Made by a program: the position numbers and the translations under genes
In this document: in pieces, positions 1 through 10,679 of the stretch
Layout of the letters: each line of letters begins with the position of its first letter
Numbering within the stretch: the first letter of the stretch is position 1
From: Acidobacteriota bacterium
GTDB lineage: Bacteria > Acidobacteriota > UBA6911
Direction: 5' to 3'
DNA: 64,000 nucleotides
NCBI GenBank assembly: GCA_963664705.1
Contig: OY761556.1
Coordinates: 3,168,001 to 3,232,000, forward strand
Notes under the pieces: model-generated
Database searches by the model: none
What the model saw: the letters and a program-made list of their open reading frames with translations, nothing else
Told to the model about the DNA's origin: nothing

Positions 1-8
1 TGGTTCTT

Positions 9-2120
9 GTGTGCCTTGCGTGGGGAACCCTGGCTTATCTTTTCGCTCTCAGCCCATTGCCGGGGATTCCCTCCTTTGAAAAGGCGAAAGCCGAATATGT
101 GAAATCGGAAGGAATTCTCCTGGACCGCAACGGCGAGATCATTCATGAATTGCGGATTCATGGGCACGGGCGCCGGTTGAGTTGGACCGCCCTGCGCGAT
201 ATATCTCCCGCTCTCCAGTCAGCGGTTATTCTTGCCGAAGATCACAGGTTTTATCATCACAGCGGCATCGACTGGATTTCCGCAGGAAAGGCAATTACGG
301 AGATCGTTCGCTCCGGGCACGGACGAGGCGCGAGCACCATCACAATGCAGTTGGCTGCCTTGCAGGACAACCACCTCAAGCCCAGCCAATCCCATCGTTC
401 TTTTCTCCAAAAGATCCGCCAGGTGCGTTCCGCGCGCGCCTATGAAAAATCCTGGTCGAAGCAGCAGATACTGGAAGCCTACCTGAACCTGGCTACATTC
501 CGCGGCGAACTCCAGGGCATCGGGGCTGCATCGAGAGGTTTGTTCTCGAAAGAACCGCAGGGATTGAATGACCTCGAGTCGGTACTTCTGACCGCGCTCC
601 TGCGCGCTCCTAATGCGGACGCGGCATCGGTGGCGGCAAGAGCCTGTGTACTGGCGAAAGCACTGCGTCTCCCGCTCCAGCCGATGGGAATCCAGGCGGC
701 CGCTCGAACCACGCTCGAAAAGCCGTACTACGTTCGCCCGCAAATGGCACTGGCTCCCCATATCGCACTCCAGCTCTTCCAGGAGGCACGGGATCACGGT
801 GAGCTTCCGGCAAGTCTGGCCTGTACTTTGGATGGAACTCTTCAGTCATTCGCCGCTGAATCGCTTCGCAAACATGTCCTCTCCGCCCAATCAAGAAATA
901 TGCACGACGGCTCGGCCCTTGTTGTGGACAATAGATCCGGAGAGGTTCTGGCTTATGTCGGCAATATTGGCGAGCAATCCAGTGCGCGGTATGTCGACGG
1001 CATTCGAGCCAGGAGACAAGCGGGCTCAACGCTAAAGCCTTTTGTCTATGGACTGGCATTCGATAAGAGAATACTGACGCCGGCCTCGCTGATGGAAGAC
1101 AGCCCGCTGGACATTCCCGCACCCGGAGGCGTGTACAGGCCCCGGAATTACGACAATGAGTTTCACGGCATGGTCACGGCAAGAATAGCCTTGGCCTCCT
1201 CCCTGAACGTGCCTGCCGTTAAAGCACTCAATCTGGTTGGCGTTGATGTTCTCGTCGACAGTTTGCGGCGATTTGGATTTGAGGGCACCCAATCCCCGGA
1301 TTTTTATGGATTGTCTCTCGCGCTGGGATCTGCCGATATTGCCCTGTGGGATCTGGTCAACGCCTATCGTGCCATTGCCAACCGTGGAGTATGGAGCCCG
1401 TTGCGCCTTGTTCCCGGCCAACGCTCCGATATTCAGAGGCGCGTCCTTAGCTCCGAAAGTGCATTCCTGCTTTCCGATATACTATCCGACAGGGAAAGCC
1501 GAAGCCGGACTTTTGATCTGGAAAGCCCTCTGTCGACGCGTTTCTGGACCGCAGTCAAAACAGGGACCAGCAAGGACATGCGCGACAACTGGTGTGTCGG
1601 TTATTCCGATCGTTATACCGTGGGAATTTGGGCGGGCAATTTTTCCGGCGAACCCATGTGGAATGTCAGCGGAATCACCGGGGCTGCACCGGTATGGATT
1701 GAGATCATGAATCAACTGCACAGAGGGCAATTGAGCCGGATGCCGCCTCCGCCCTCCGGCCTCGTAAAAAAGACCGTACATATTGAGGCTATTGCGCAAT
1801 CCAAACAGGAATGGTTCATGCGTGGAACGGAAACGGAATTGGTGCGAGAGGCTTCTGGCAATGCTATCCCCAAAATCGCCTACCCGACATCCGGAACCAT
1901 CATCGCCCTGGACCCGGATATACCGCCGGATGCACAGCAGGTTTTCTTTGAAGCAAAGCCCGATGGAAACGGACTGGAATGGGTACTGGATGGCGAAAAA
2001 CTGGGCGGAGGTGCGGACCTGATTCCATGGCTCCCCAAAAACGGAAGACATCTTTTGAAACTGGTAGACAACCGCGGGAAGGAACTGGATACGGTCCGTT
2101 TTGAAGTTCGCGGCAACTGA
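9..2120 (+). CDS. pbpC: Penicillin-binding protein 1C (transglycosylase/transpeptidase); true start may lie upstream of the window
   Basis: Transglycosylase motifs EDHRFYHHSGID and GASTITMQLA; transpeptidase motifs SxxK (GSTLKPF), SLN and KTGTS; C-terminal PBP1C-type beta domain. Confidence 0.92.
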   Translation: MCLAWGTLAYLFALSPLPGIPSFEKAKAEYVKSEGILLDRNGEIIHELRIHGHGRRLSWTALRDISPALQSAVILAEDHRFYHHSGIDWISAGKAITEIVRSGHGRGASTITMQLAALQDNHLKPSQSHRSFLQKIRQVRSARAYEKSWSKQQILEAYLNLATFRGELQGIGAASRGLFSKEPQGLNDLESVLLTALLRAPNADAASVAARACVLAKALRLPLQPMGIQAAARTTLEKPYYVRPQMALAPHIALQLFQEARDHGELPASLACTLDGTLQSFAAESLRKHVLSAQSRNMHDGSALVVDNRSGEVLAYVGNIGEQSSARYVDGIRARRQAGSTLKPFVYGLAFDKRILTPASLMEDSPLDIPAPGGVYRPRNYDNEFHGMVTARIALASSLNVPAVKALNLVGVDVLVDSLRRFGFEGTQSPDFYGLSLALGSADIALWDLVNAYRAIANRGVWSPLRLVPGQRSDIQRRVLSSESAFLLSDILSDRESRSRTFDLESPLSTRFWTAVKTGTSKDMRDNWCVGYSDRYTVGIWAGNFSGEPMWNVSGITGAAPVWIEIMNQLHRGQLSRMPPPPSGLVKKTVHIEAIAQSKQEWFMRGTETELVREASGNAIPKIAYPTSGTIIALDPDIPPDAQQVFFEAKPDGNGLEWVLDGEKLGGGADLIPWLPKNGRHLLKLVDNRGKELDTVRFEVRGN

Positions 2121-2188
2121 AGGGCCCTAACGGAGTTCTGCCGCTCATTGGAATTTTTTGATTGGAAATCCTGAGTCGAGGAAAGCTA

Positions 2189-3043
2189 ATGCACCGTCTC
2201 ACTGCAACAATCGCTGTCCTTCTAATCATGCTTGGAACTGGTTTGCACGCCCAAAGGATAACCCCGGTTGTTCGACAGGTGGATCACGTTCTAGTCGAAT
2301 GCGCGGATCCCGAAAAGACTTTCTCGCTTTTTGCCGATACCTTGCAGCTACCGGTTGCCTGGCCGATGAATCGCAACCAGAACTACATTACCGGAGGAAT
2401 TGGGGCTGGAAGCGTTAATATTGAATTCTTTGCCTACGCCGGTGCGGCGGCCCCCAAAAGTACACGCTATTATGGAATTGCATTTGAGCCCTATCCACTC
2501 GCGGACGCGCTCAGGCGTTTGCAATCCCTTTCGATACAATACGGCAAGCCGGAATCTGTTGTATCAACCCTTCCAAATGGATCCACCGGAGTCGCATGGA
2601 CTACGGTTGCGTTGCCGTCACTCTCGCGGCCGGGCATGTCGATTTTCCTTTACGAATACAGTCCTTCCTTTCTGAAAGTGGATGTGCGCAGGAAACAGAT
2701 GGGAAATCGTCTGACGCTGAATCATGGCGGTCCGCTGGGGCTGCAATCGGTAGACGAGATCATCATTGGCAGCACGGCGCTAAAGAAAGACCAGGAATCC
2801 TGGACCCTGACCGTAGGAAAGCCCACGCCCACGGGTGGCATACGTCCTATCAATGGTCCCACCCTGCGGATTGTGCAAGATGACAAAGATCAAATCAGGG
2901 AATTGGTCTTCAAGGTTGAGTCTCTCGAGCGCGCAAAAGCCTTCCTCACCAAAAGTCAGCTTTTGGGATCCATATCCGGTCGTAGAATTTTCCTGGCCCC
3001 GTCAAAGGTGCAGGGATTGAGAATTTCGCTAACGGATAAATAG
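2189..3043 (+). CDS. Exported VOC/glyoxalase-like protein
   Basis: GAGG RBS before ATG 2189; signal-peptide-like N-terminus (MHRLTATIAVLLIMLGTGLHA); VDHVLV...NIEFF glyoxalase-type strands. Confidence 0.55.
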   Translation: MHRLTATIAVLLIMLGTGLHAQRITPVVRQVDHVLVECADPEKTFSLFADTLQLPVAWPMNRNQNYITGGIGAGSVNIEFFAYAGAAAPKSTRYYGIAFEPYPLADALRRLQSLSIQYGKPESVVSTLPNGSTGVAWTTVALPSLSRPGMSIFLYEYSPSFLKVDVRRKQMGNRLTLNHGGPLGLQSVDEIIIGSTALKKDQESWTLTVGKPTPTGGIRPINGPTLRIVQDDKDQIRELVFKVESLERAKAFLTKSQLLGSISGRRIFLAPSKVQGLRISLTDK

Positions 3044-3177
3044 AGGCTATTTTGCGCGCCAGACTGCAGTCATCGGTTGGCAAATATTTCCCTCCTTGCT
3101 GAAACCATGGCGGACGACTACATTTACTAAGGAAGCAGTTCGGGTGATTCGCCTTTCACCGCTGACGGAGATGCGAG

Positions 3178-3549
3178 ATGAGGCCCGACGTGGATTCACG
3201 CGTAATCGACCGGCTCCGGAGGCTGGGGGGAAAAGAACTGCTATCGGAAATGATTGACCTGTTTACATCTCATGCCGAATTGGCAATCCGTGATGCCTCT
3301 TCCGCGTGGGCGCAGCATAATCTCGATGCAATCCGGCGAGCAGCTCATTCGCTGAAATCGAGCGCGGGGAATCTGGGAGCCACTGAGGTTCGGATACTCG
3401 CGGATGAAATAGAACAGTTGGCTGAGCACGGAGCCAACGACTTCCAACCGCTCCTGTCAGATCTCGAAAAAGCATATATCCGGGCAAAGGAACGTCTGGC
3501 GGAAGTGCGCGACAAGGAAACGCAAGGCCTTGAAAATTCTGGTCGTTGA
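3178..3549 (+). CDS. Stand-alone Hpt (histidine phosphotransfer) domain protein
   Basis: AAHSLKSSAGNLGA Hpt signature. Confidence 0.9.
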   Translation: MRPDVDSRVIDRLRRLGGKELLSEMIDLFTSHAELAIRDASSAWAQHNLDAIRRAAHSLKSSAGNLGATEVRILADEIEQLAEHGANDFQPLLSDLEKAYIRAKERLAEVRDKETQGLENSGR

Positions 3550-3931
3550 TGATGATCCGGCAACGCTGCTTGTGGCTTCCATGGCCCTTCAATACTCAGG
3601 CGGCTACGAAGTGCTGTTGGCCAGCAACGGCACTGATGCGATTGAGTGCGCGAAGCAGAACCGGCCGGATGCCATCCTGATGGATATCGTGATGAATGAT
3701 CTGGATGGGCTGGCCGTGTTGCGGCGACTGCACAGCCACACGGAAACGGACTCCATTCCAATCATTTTTCACACCGCCCGAACAAACCCGACCGAAATCA
3801 GCCAGCTATTGTCTTCAGGGGCAAAGGGTGTAATCGGCAAACCGGCAGATCCACTTGAGCTGGGAAATGAAATCAAGCGGATCCTCGCCATAGTGAGGAG
3901 ACCGGAGCCGGAAGACAGGAGTCAGGAATGA
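3530..3931 (+). CDS. Single-domain response regulator (receiver)
   Basis: KILVVDDD, ILMD phospho-acceptor, HTA, GKP; overlaps the end of the Hpt gene. Confidence 0.9.
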   Translation: MKILVVDDDPATLLVASMALQYSGGYEVLLASNGTDAIECAKQNRPDAILMDIVMNDLDGLAVLRRLHSHTETDSIPIIFHTARTNPTEISQLLSSGAKGVIGKPADPLELGNEIKRILAIVRRPEPEDRSQE

Positions 3932-3970
3932 AAACTGTCTCCTGTCTCCTGTCTCCTATCTCCTTCTCCT
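3902..3970. repeat. Inverted heptamer tandem repeats between convergent genes; probable bidirectional terminator
   Basis: CCGGAGC CGGAAGA CAGGAGT CAGGAAT followed by complementary CTGTCTC CTGTCTC CTGTCTC CTATCTC CTTCTCC. Confidence 0.6.
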
Positions 3971-6638
3971 ATTTCGCTAAAACCTGTCGAAGAACATACT
4001 GCAGAATACCGCCGTGTTTGTAGTAATCAACTTCGGCAGGAGTATCAATTCTCAGGATCACAGGCACCGAGTCGGTTTTCCCATTAGCCCTGTGGACAAC
4101 AAGTGTCAGTTCCTGGCGAGGCTTCAAATCGTCCGCAACTCCCAAAACATCGAATACCTCACTGCCGTCTAACCCAAGGGATTGCGCATTGGTTCCATCC
4201 TTGAATTGACAGGGCAGCACGCCCATCCCGACCAGATTGCTTCGATGAATGCGTTCAAAGCTGCGGGCAATCACCGCGCGAACACCCAACAGGAGCGTTC
4301 CTTTGGCGGCCCAATCCCGCGAACTGCCGGTACCGTATTCCTGACCGGCAATGACGACCAGTGGCGTGCCAGCTTCTTTATACAGACATGCCGCGTCGTA
4401 AATGCTCATCCGGTCTCCGCCGGGATAAAAGGCGGTCATCCCGCCTTCGACGCCAGGCACCATCAGGTTTCGAATGCGAACGTTGGCAAAGGTACCGCGA
4501 ACCATGACTTCATGATTTCCCCGACGGGAACCATAGCTGTTGAAGTCCTCCGGCAAGACTCCTTTCTGCTGCAGATAAATGCCGGCAGGAGAAGCTTGTT
4601 TGATCGCACCGGCCGGGCTGATGTGGTCCGTAGTCACGGAATCGCCCAAGATCGCAAGGGGGCGCGCCCCGCGGACTTCGCCAATGGTTCCGGGAAGGAC
4701 TGTGAAGCCATCAAAATAGGGCGGTTCCTGCACATAGGTTGATTCACGGTCCCAGGCATATACATCTCCGGTACTCTCCGGAATGGCGTCCCATAAAGGG
4801 TTGTCCTGTACAAACCCGGCATACAGTCGGCGATAGGTCTCCGGATCAAAAGCAGCGCGCATATGCTCCTGGATCTCCTCCAATGTAGGCCAAAGCTCGC
4901 GCAGATAAACGGCTTCACCGCGGGCATTTGTTCCCAGGGGTTCGCGGTTCAGATCAATATCGACCCGACCCGCCAATGCGAAAGCGACCACCAGCGGAGG
5001 GCTCATCAGAAAGTTTGCCTTCAGTGACTGGTGGACTCTGGCCTCAAAATTCCGGTTTCCGCTAAGAACGCTGGCGAGGACAAGATCCTTCTCCGCTATC
5101 ACGCTTTCAATGGCGGGATCCAGCGGGCCTGAATTGCCGATGCAGGTCATACATCCATAGCCGACCAGACCGAACCCGATTTTGTTCAGGTATTCCTGTA
5201 GACCTGTCTTCTCCAGATATTGGCTGACGGCGCGAGATCCTGGGGCCAGGGACGTTTTTACATAGGATGGAGGTGCGATCCCTTTCTCCACCGCCTTCTT
5301 GGCCAGTATGCCGGCCGCTATCATTACGCTCGGATTGGATGTATTCGTGCAGGAAGTGATCGAAGCGATCGCGACCGACCCATTGCCAAAAACTCCCGTC
5401 CCCGGCATTGAATCTTCAGCCTTTCCATATCCCCCCTCATTCAACGGTTTTGCGAAAATGCGGAGAAGGTCCTCCTTCAAATGGGACACCGGTATGCGAT
5501 CCTGCGGGCGCTTGGGTCCGGCTACGCTGGGTTCGATTTCGGCAAGATCCAGCTCCAGCACTTCGCTGTACTGGATTCGGCTATCATCGCTTGTTCCAAA
5601 CATCCCTTGCGCCTTGAAATAGCCACGCACAGCGTTGACAAGGGTTTCCGGCCTTCCGGTGTCCCTCAAATAAGTGCAGCTTTCCTCATCTACCGGAAAT
5701 AAGCCGGCCGTGGCTCCATACTCCGGAGCCATGTTGCTGATGGTAGCCCGGTCGGGAACAGGCAGCGCGGCAACTCCCGGACCGTAAAACTCCACAATTT
5801 TCCCGACAACCTTTGCCTTGCGCAGCATTTCGGTAACACGAAGGACAAGATCGGTAGCCGTTGCGCCTGGCTGTAACTTGCCACTGATCCGGACACCCAC
5901 CACATCCGGTGTGAGCATATATACCGGCTGCCCAAGCATCCCTGCTTCCGCTTCGATTCCTCCAACGCCCCATCCGAGGACGCCTAGTCCATTGATCATG
6001 GTCGTATGCGAATCCGTGCCGACCAGCGTATCCGGAAAGTAGAGGCCATCCCTCTCATAAACAACTCTGGCAAGATGCTCCAGATTAACCTGGTGGCAGA
6101 TTCCGATCCCCGGAGGAACGACATTGAAACCATTGAATGCCTGTCTGCCCCACTTCAGAAACTGGTACCGGGCATTATTGCGCTGAAATTCCATCTCCAT
6201 GTTGAGCTTCAAGGCATCCGAACGGCCAAAATAATCCACCTGGACGGAGTGGTCTATCACAAGGTCAACGGGAACGAGCGGCTCAATCATGCCGGCCTTT
6301 TTCCCGAGCCGACCCACAGCAGATCGCATGGCAGCCAGATCCACGAGCAACGGAACGCCTGTAAAATCCTGCAGCAATATGCGCGCCACAACGAAAGGTA
6401 TTTCCTCGGTGCGGTCGGCCCGGGGACTCCAGTTGGCGAGTTTTGCAATCTCTGTCTCAGTTATCTTCCCGCCGTCATAGTTGCGCAGCACCGATTCAAG
6501 AAGGATGCGGATGCTAAAGGGCAAGGTGGAAACCGGGCCTACTCCTTTTGCCTCCAGTTGTGGCAGTGAATAAAACTCTCCCGTTCGTTTGCTGTCGATG
6601 CGAAATTCCTGCAGTGTCTGAAATAAGCTGTGTCTCAT
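3969..6638 (-). CDS. acnA: Aconitate hydratase A
   Basis: [47 protein letters not shown]; AAGGAG RBS before ATG 6638. Confidence 0.97.
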   Translation of the reverse strand: MRHSLFQTLQEFRIDSKRTGEFYSLPQLEAKGVGPVSTLPFSIRILLESVLRNYDGGKITETEIAKLANWSPRADRTEEIPFVVARILLQDFTGVPLLVDLAAMRSAVGRLGKKAGMIEPLVPVDLVIDHSVQVDYFGRSDALKLNMEMEFQRNNARYQFLKWGRQAFNGFNVVPPGIGICHQVNLEHLARVVYERDGLYFPDTLVGTDSHTTMINGLGVLGWGVGGIEAEAGMLGQPVYMLTPDVVGVRISGKLQPGATATDLVLRVTEMLRKAKVVGKIVEFYGPGVAALPVPDRATISNMAPEYGATAGLFPVDEESCTYLRDTGRPETLVNAVRGYFKAQGMFGTSDDSRIQYSEVLELDLAEIEPSVAGPKRPQDRIPVSHLKEDLLRIFAKPLNEGGYGKAEDSMPGTGVFGNGSVAIASITSCTNTSNPSVMIAAGILAKKAVEKGIAPPSYVKTSLAPGSRAVSQYLEKTGLQEYLNKIGFGLVGYGCMTCIGNSGPLDPAIESVIAEKDLVLASVLSGNRNFEARVHQSLKANFLMSPPLVVAFALAGRVDIDLNREPLGTNARGEAVYLRELWPTLEEIQEHMRAAFDPETYRRLYAGFVQDNPLWDAIPESTGDVYAWDRESTYVQEPPYFDGFTVLPGTIGEVRGARPLAILGDSVTTDHISPAGAIKQASPAGIYLQQKGVLPEDFNSYGSRRGNHEVMVRGTFANVRIRNLMVPGVEGGMTAFYPGGDRMSIYDAACLYKEAGTPLVVIAGQEYGTGSSRDWAAKGTLLLGVRAVIARSFERIHRSNLVGMGVLPCQFKDGTNAQSLGLDGSEVFDVLGVADDLKPRQELTLVVHRANGKTDSVPVILRIDTPAEVDYYKHGGILQYVLRQVLAK

Positions 6639-6737
6639 ATCCCACTCCTTAAAGTGATGATACCCCGGCACGATTGCGACTTCGAGACAGTAACCCTCGG
6701 TGCCCGACTTCCTCAGGGCGCGCCGCTGAACCGACCT

Positions 6738-7715
6738 TCAGTTTCCTGCCCGAAAGTTTCTTCGGCTTCGAACGACAGTATCCGGAACCGACACATGGAC
6801 TTCAAGTGTATGGCTGCGGCCGTCGAGTTTTGATTTCTCAGGATAATATCCTAACAGGTACTGCGATCGTAATTCCTCCAGTATCTGTTTGAATGCTTTA
6901 TCGAACTCCGTAACCTCGCTTCGATAAAATCTGCCTGCTGACGCCTCCGAAATGCGGCGGAGGTATTCCGCGGCCTGATCTTCCCGCTGCTGCCACGGAT
7001 CTTTTGTCCCTTCTCTCGGTTTGGACGGTTTTGGTAAACGCACGGAGGATCCGATGATTTCCTTCATCAGTTCGCGGGGGTCTACATGATAGAAAATCGA
7101 GTAGATCATCGTGCCTGAAGCGGCAATACCATCAAGAAGGCCATCCGCCGAGATGGCACTGCCATGATCCTGCCCATCTGACAGCAGCACAATTGCCTTT
7201 CGTCCGGACACGGTCCGGAAGCGTCCCTGAACAGTCTCAATGATGGCATCCCTCATTCGAGTGCCGGATCCGCCAGCCCTGGCCTGCTCGATGGCAGAAC
7301 TCAGTTGCTGTATATCGGAAGTAAAGGGACAGAGAGTATTCACATCCGAATCAAAGCTCAAAATTGCAGCCTGATCCCGGGAACGCATCTGTTGAAGGAA
7401 TTTGGAAGCTGATTTTTTTATCTGATCCAGGACGGTTGTAGTGCTGCGACTGGTATCGAGCAGCAGGACGATTTTAAGCGGATCCTCGGATGTTAAAAAC
7501 AGCGAGACGGGCACCTGAATACCATCTTCGAACAGCTGGAAATCTCCGGATTTCAAATCGGGCACAAATTTCCCTCGCTGGTCATTGATCAGGACCGGGA
7601 CTGTTACAAGCGCGCTCTCCACCTGGATCCTTGGAGAATCGCTTGATACCTGTCCCCGCAGCCCGAACGGCATGAAAAGTAAAACTAGAATCACGGAAAG
7701 AACCGATCTTCTCAT
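6738..7715 (-). CDS. Exported VWA domain protein (Acidobacterial VWFA-related type)
   Basis: Signal peptide; LVTVPV..DF.LFEDG N-terminal segment; MIDAS DTSRS; LLSDGQD; ELRSQYLLGY. Confidence 0.85.
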   Translation of the reverse strand: MRRSVLSVILVLLFMPFGLRGQVSSDSPRIQVESALVTVPVLINDQRGKFVPDLKSGDFQLFEDGIQVPVSLFLTSEDPLKIVLLLDTSRSTTTVLDQIKKSASKFLQQMRSRDQAAILSFDSDVNTLCPFTSDIQQLSSAIEQARAGGSGTRMRDAIIETVQGRFRTVSGRKAIVLLSDGQDHGSAISADGLLDGIAASGTMIYSIFYHVDPRELMKEIIGSSVRLPKPSKPREGTKDPWQQREDQAAEYLRRISEASAGRFYRSEVTEFDKAFKQILEELRSQYLLGYYPEKSKLDGRSHTLEVHVSVPDTVVRSRRNFRAGN

Positions 7716-7886
7716 CGGGCAAAAATAACACATTACAGGCGACAATTGCACATTGCTCTATTCACTGGGAGCGCAAACACTGAATCCGGAATCAGAACCA
7801 ATGTCACTTCTCCGGCATATGCCTGCGTGATTCTTCTTTCACTCTATGGGATAATGGAAATTCTTGCTCAAATATGTGTGAAAAAT

Positions 7887-8621
7887 ATGAAACCACATCC
7901 AAAAGTAATCGGCGTAATTCCAGCCCGCTTTGACTCTCAGCGCCTTCCGGGAAAGGTCCTGCTTCCGATCGGAGGCAAGGCAATGATCCATTGGGTCTAT
8001 GAGAGAGCTCGAAAATCTCCGCTGCTGACTCAACTGGTAATTGCCACGGACAGTGAGAAGGTCCGGCAGTACTGCAATGAACAAGCGATTCCAGTGATGT
8101 TCACGCTGAAGCACTCATCGGGAACGGATCGGTTGAACGAAATCATGTTGCGCACCGATGCGGAGATATACGTCAACATTCAGGGGGACGAACCCACGAT
8201 CCGCACCGAACACATCGACCTGCTGCTGAAACCGCTTCTGGCGAAGCAGGGCGAAGTTTCTACCCTGAAGGTAGCGATCGATATCGAAGCCGCACAGGAC
8301 CCTAATGTGGTAAAGGTTGTAACCGATAACCGAAACCGCGCGCTTTACTTCTCGCGTTTTCCTATTCCGTTTGACAGGAATGCACAGGGCGGGGCTCAGT
8401 TTTTCAAGCACATAGGACTGTATGGCTATACACGGTCGGCTTTGGGGCTTTTTCACAGCCTGCCGCAATCCACGCTTGAACTCAGCGAAAAACTCGAGCA
8501 ATTGAGATACCTGGAAAACGGGATTCCTATCGTGGTCTCCGAGACAATGCACGACACGGTGGGCGTCGATACAGAGGCAGATCTGGAACGAGCCGCCGAG
8601 TTTCTGAAGTCTGAACAATAA
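7887..8621 (+). CDS. kdsB: 3-deoxy-manno-octulosonate cytidylyltransferase
   Basis: IPARFDSQRLPGK, SGTDR, NIQGDEP, ALYFSR, HIGLYGY, EKLEQLR. Confidence 0.95.
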   Translation: MKPHPKVIGVIPARFDSQRLPGKVLLPIGGKAMIHWVYERARKSPLLTQLVIATDSEKVRQYCNEQAIPVMFTLKHSSGTDRLNEIMLRTDAEIYVNIQGDEPTIRTEHIDLLLKPLLAKQGEVSTLKVAIDIEAAQDPNVVKVVTDNRNRALYFSRFPIPFDRNAQGGAQFFKHIGLYGYTRSALGLFHSLPQSTLELSEKLEQLRYLENGIPIVVSETMHDTVGVDTEADLERAAEFLKSEQ

Positions 8622-8631
8622 AGGTTGTTTC

Positions 8632-10002
8632 ATGTATCTGCTGTATAGCATTGTACTGGTGACATGGGGGCTTCTGCTGATTCCCCTTGCCCTTTACAGG
8701 GTGTGGTTCCGGAAGAAGCGTTTCCCCGGCATGCGACAACGTTTCGGACGCCTGCCCGAAGCCCTGAAAGCCGACAGCCGCCCTACCCTATGGTTTCATG
8801 CCTGTTCGGTTGGCGAAACGCTGAGCCTGCCGCCGTTGGTTCAGGCGCTGCAGCAACGCTTTCCGAATGCCCGCTTCGTGTTTTCAACCATCACGCAGAC
8901 GGGCCAGATGATGGCAGTACAGCACTTCAAAGCCTATGGAGTCGGCAATACCTTCTATTTTCCCATCGATCTTGCATCCGTAATCAGGCGCGTGCTGAAC
9001 TGGATTCAGCCCGCGATGATCGTGATCATTGACACCGAGATCTGGCCTAACCTGATCCATCAGGCACATCTGCGCAAGATCCCGATAGTTCTTGCCAACG
9101 GGCGCATTTCGGCTTCCTCATTTCCCTACTACCGTCTTGCCCGTCCGGTACTGTCACGGGTTCTTTGGCAATACGGCCTGCTGCTGATGCAATCCGATGA
9201 GGATGCCCGCCGAATCACGGCAATCGGCGCGCCTCGGGAAAAAGTATCCGTTTCCGGAAACATCAAATTCGACAAGAACCAGGTTGAAAAAACGGTTGCG
9301 GGAAAAAAGGATCTTGATGCTGTTTTTCTGTCCGGGCTGGAAGGCGCGCCGCTCATTGTCGCCGGAAGCACGCATCCGGGGGAAGAACAGATTCTGCTGG
9401 AGTCCTTCCGTCGCATCCGGCTGATGCCGGAATTCTCCCAAACTCGACTTCTTCTCGCTCCCCGTCATCCGGAACGCTTCAGCGAGGTAGCCGATTTGCT
9501 AATGAACAGCGGATTCAGCCTGCAACGTCGCACGGATTCGAAAGCGCCTTCGAGCCCCGCCGACATCCTGCTGCTCGATACCCTGGGAGAGCTTGCGGAA
9601 GCTTACCGCTATGCCACAATTGCATTCGTCGGAGGAAGCCTTATCCGGCGTGGCGGACACAGCATTATGGAACCCGCGCTATATTCCAAGGCCATCGTCA
9701 CAGGACCATCCATGGAGAATTTCCGCGCAATTATCGAGGAATTCAGAAAACACGACGGCATCCGGCAGATCGCGGCGGGCCAGGAGGCGCGCGATTTGCA
9801 GGTTGAACAATTGGTCCGGGAAATGGCAAATCTGCTCCGGGATGCAAACCTGCGCGAAAGGCTTGGGAAGAACGCATTTTCGATTCTGGAGAAAAATCGG
9901 GGCGCAACCCAGATAACCGCGGATCGGATTGCCACGTATTTCCAGGAGGCGCAAAAATTGCCTCAAGATACGACATCACGGATTGGCGCTGAATCCGTGT
10001 AA
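8632..10002 (+). CDS. waaA: Kdo transferase
   Basis: WFHACSVGE, TEIWPN, GNIKFD, AGSTHPGEE, APRHPER, DTLGEL, GGHSIMEP. Confidence 0.95.
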   Translation: MYLLYSIVLVTWGLLLIPLALYRVWFRKKRFPGMRQRFGRLPEALKADSRPTLWFHACSVGETLSLPPLVQALQQRFPNARFVFSTITQTGQMMAVQHFKAYGVGNTFYFPIDLASVIRRVLNWIQPAMIVIIDTEIWPNLIHQAHLRKIPIVLANGRISASSFPYYRLARPVLSRVLWQYGLLLMQSDEDARRITAIGAPREKVSVSGNIKFDKNQVEKTVAGKKDLDAVFLSGLEGAPLIVAGSTHPGEEQILLESFRRIRLMPEFSQTRLLLAPRHPERFSEVADLLMNSGFSLQRRTDSKAPSSPADILLLDTLGELAEAYRYATIAFVGGSLIRRGGHSIMEPALYSKAIVTGPSMENFRAIIEEFRKHDGIRQIAAGQEARDLQVEQLVREMANLLRDANLRERLGKNAFSILEKNRGATQITADRIATYFQEAQKLPQDTTSRIGAESV

Positions 10003-10088
10003 TTAAGCTAACCATAGAGCCTGCCGGGAATCGGAATTTTGTCGCGAATTCCCGAACAGGCCCCTGACCTTGGTATATATTAGAGCCG

Positions 10089-10655
10089 ATGAAAGACCTC
10101 ATTCAAAACTGCCTTGCCGCACTGAATCCGCGGACGCTCACGGACGGATTTGTCCGTGAGGCGGCCGTATTGATGCCTATCTTCGAATGGGAGAATGAAT
10201 ACCACTTTCTTCTGACACGCCGAACGGAGGAGGTGCAAACGCACAAAGGACAAATCTCATTCCCCGGCGGCATGCGGGAGAGCGGTGAGGACCTGTTCAC
10301 CACCGCCCTGCGCGAAACATACGAAGAGGTCGGCATCGAGGAACACAGAATTGAACCGCTGGGCAGGTTCCACGACTATATTTCCATTACCTATTTTCGA
10401 GTGACTCCTTTCGCGGGGTTTATCGACGGCCCCTTCCAGACGGTCCCGCAGGTCCACGAAGTAGCTGAAATCCTGCAGGTCCCGTTCCGGGTCTTTCTGG
10501 ATCCGGCAAGGCTTCGGACTGAAAGGCGCATCGTGATGGATAAGGAAGAGACCGTATATTTTTATTCCTACGGGACCCATGAAATATGGGGATTAACGGC
10601 CCGCATCATTCATGATTTTATGGAGACGCTGAATCTGCAGCACTGCAATTTGTGA
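10089..10655 (+). CDS. Nudix hydrolase, CoA pyrophosphatase (NudL-like)
   Basis: LLTRR..HKGQISFPGG, Nudix box ALRETYEEVG, IWGLTA. Confidence 0.9.
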   Translation: MKDLIQNCLAALNPRTLTDGFVREAAVLMPIFEWENEYHFLLTRRTEEVQTHKGQISFPGGMRESGEDLFTTALRETYEEVGIEEHRIEPLGRFHDYISITYFRVTPFAGFIDGPFQTVPQVHEVAEILQVPFRVFLDPARLRTERRIVMDKEETVYFYSYGTHEIWGLTARIIHDFMETLNLQHCNL

Positions 10656-10679
10656 CGCCGGTTCAGCGGGGAGCAATGG

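Noticed and set aside
10014-10064. GAGCCTG..GGGAAT / ATTCCCG..CAGGC imperfect inverted repeat (and TAGAGCCGTTATCAAAAC near 15017) as IS ends or a MITE
   Set aside because: Too short and degenerate, with no transposase or clear target duplication; cannot be supported without genome-wide copies.
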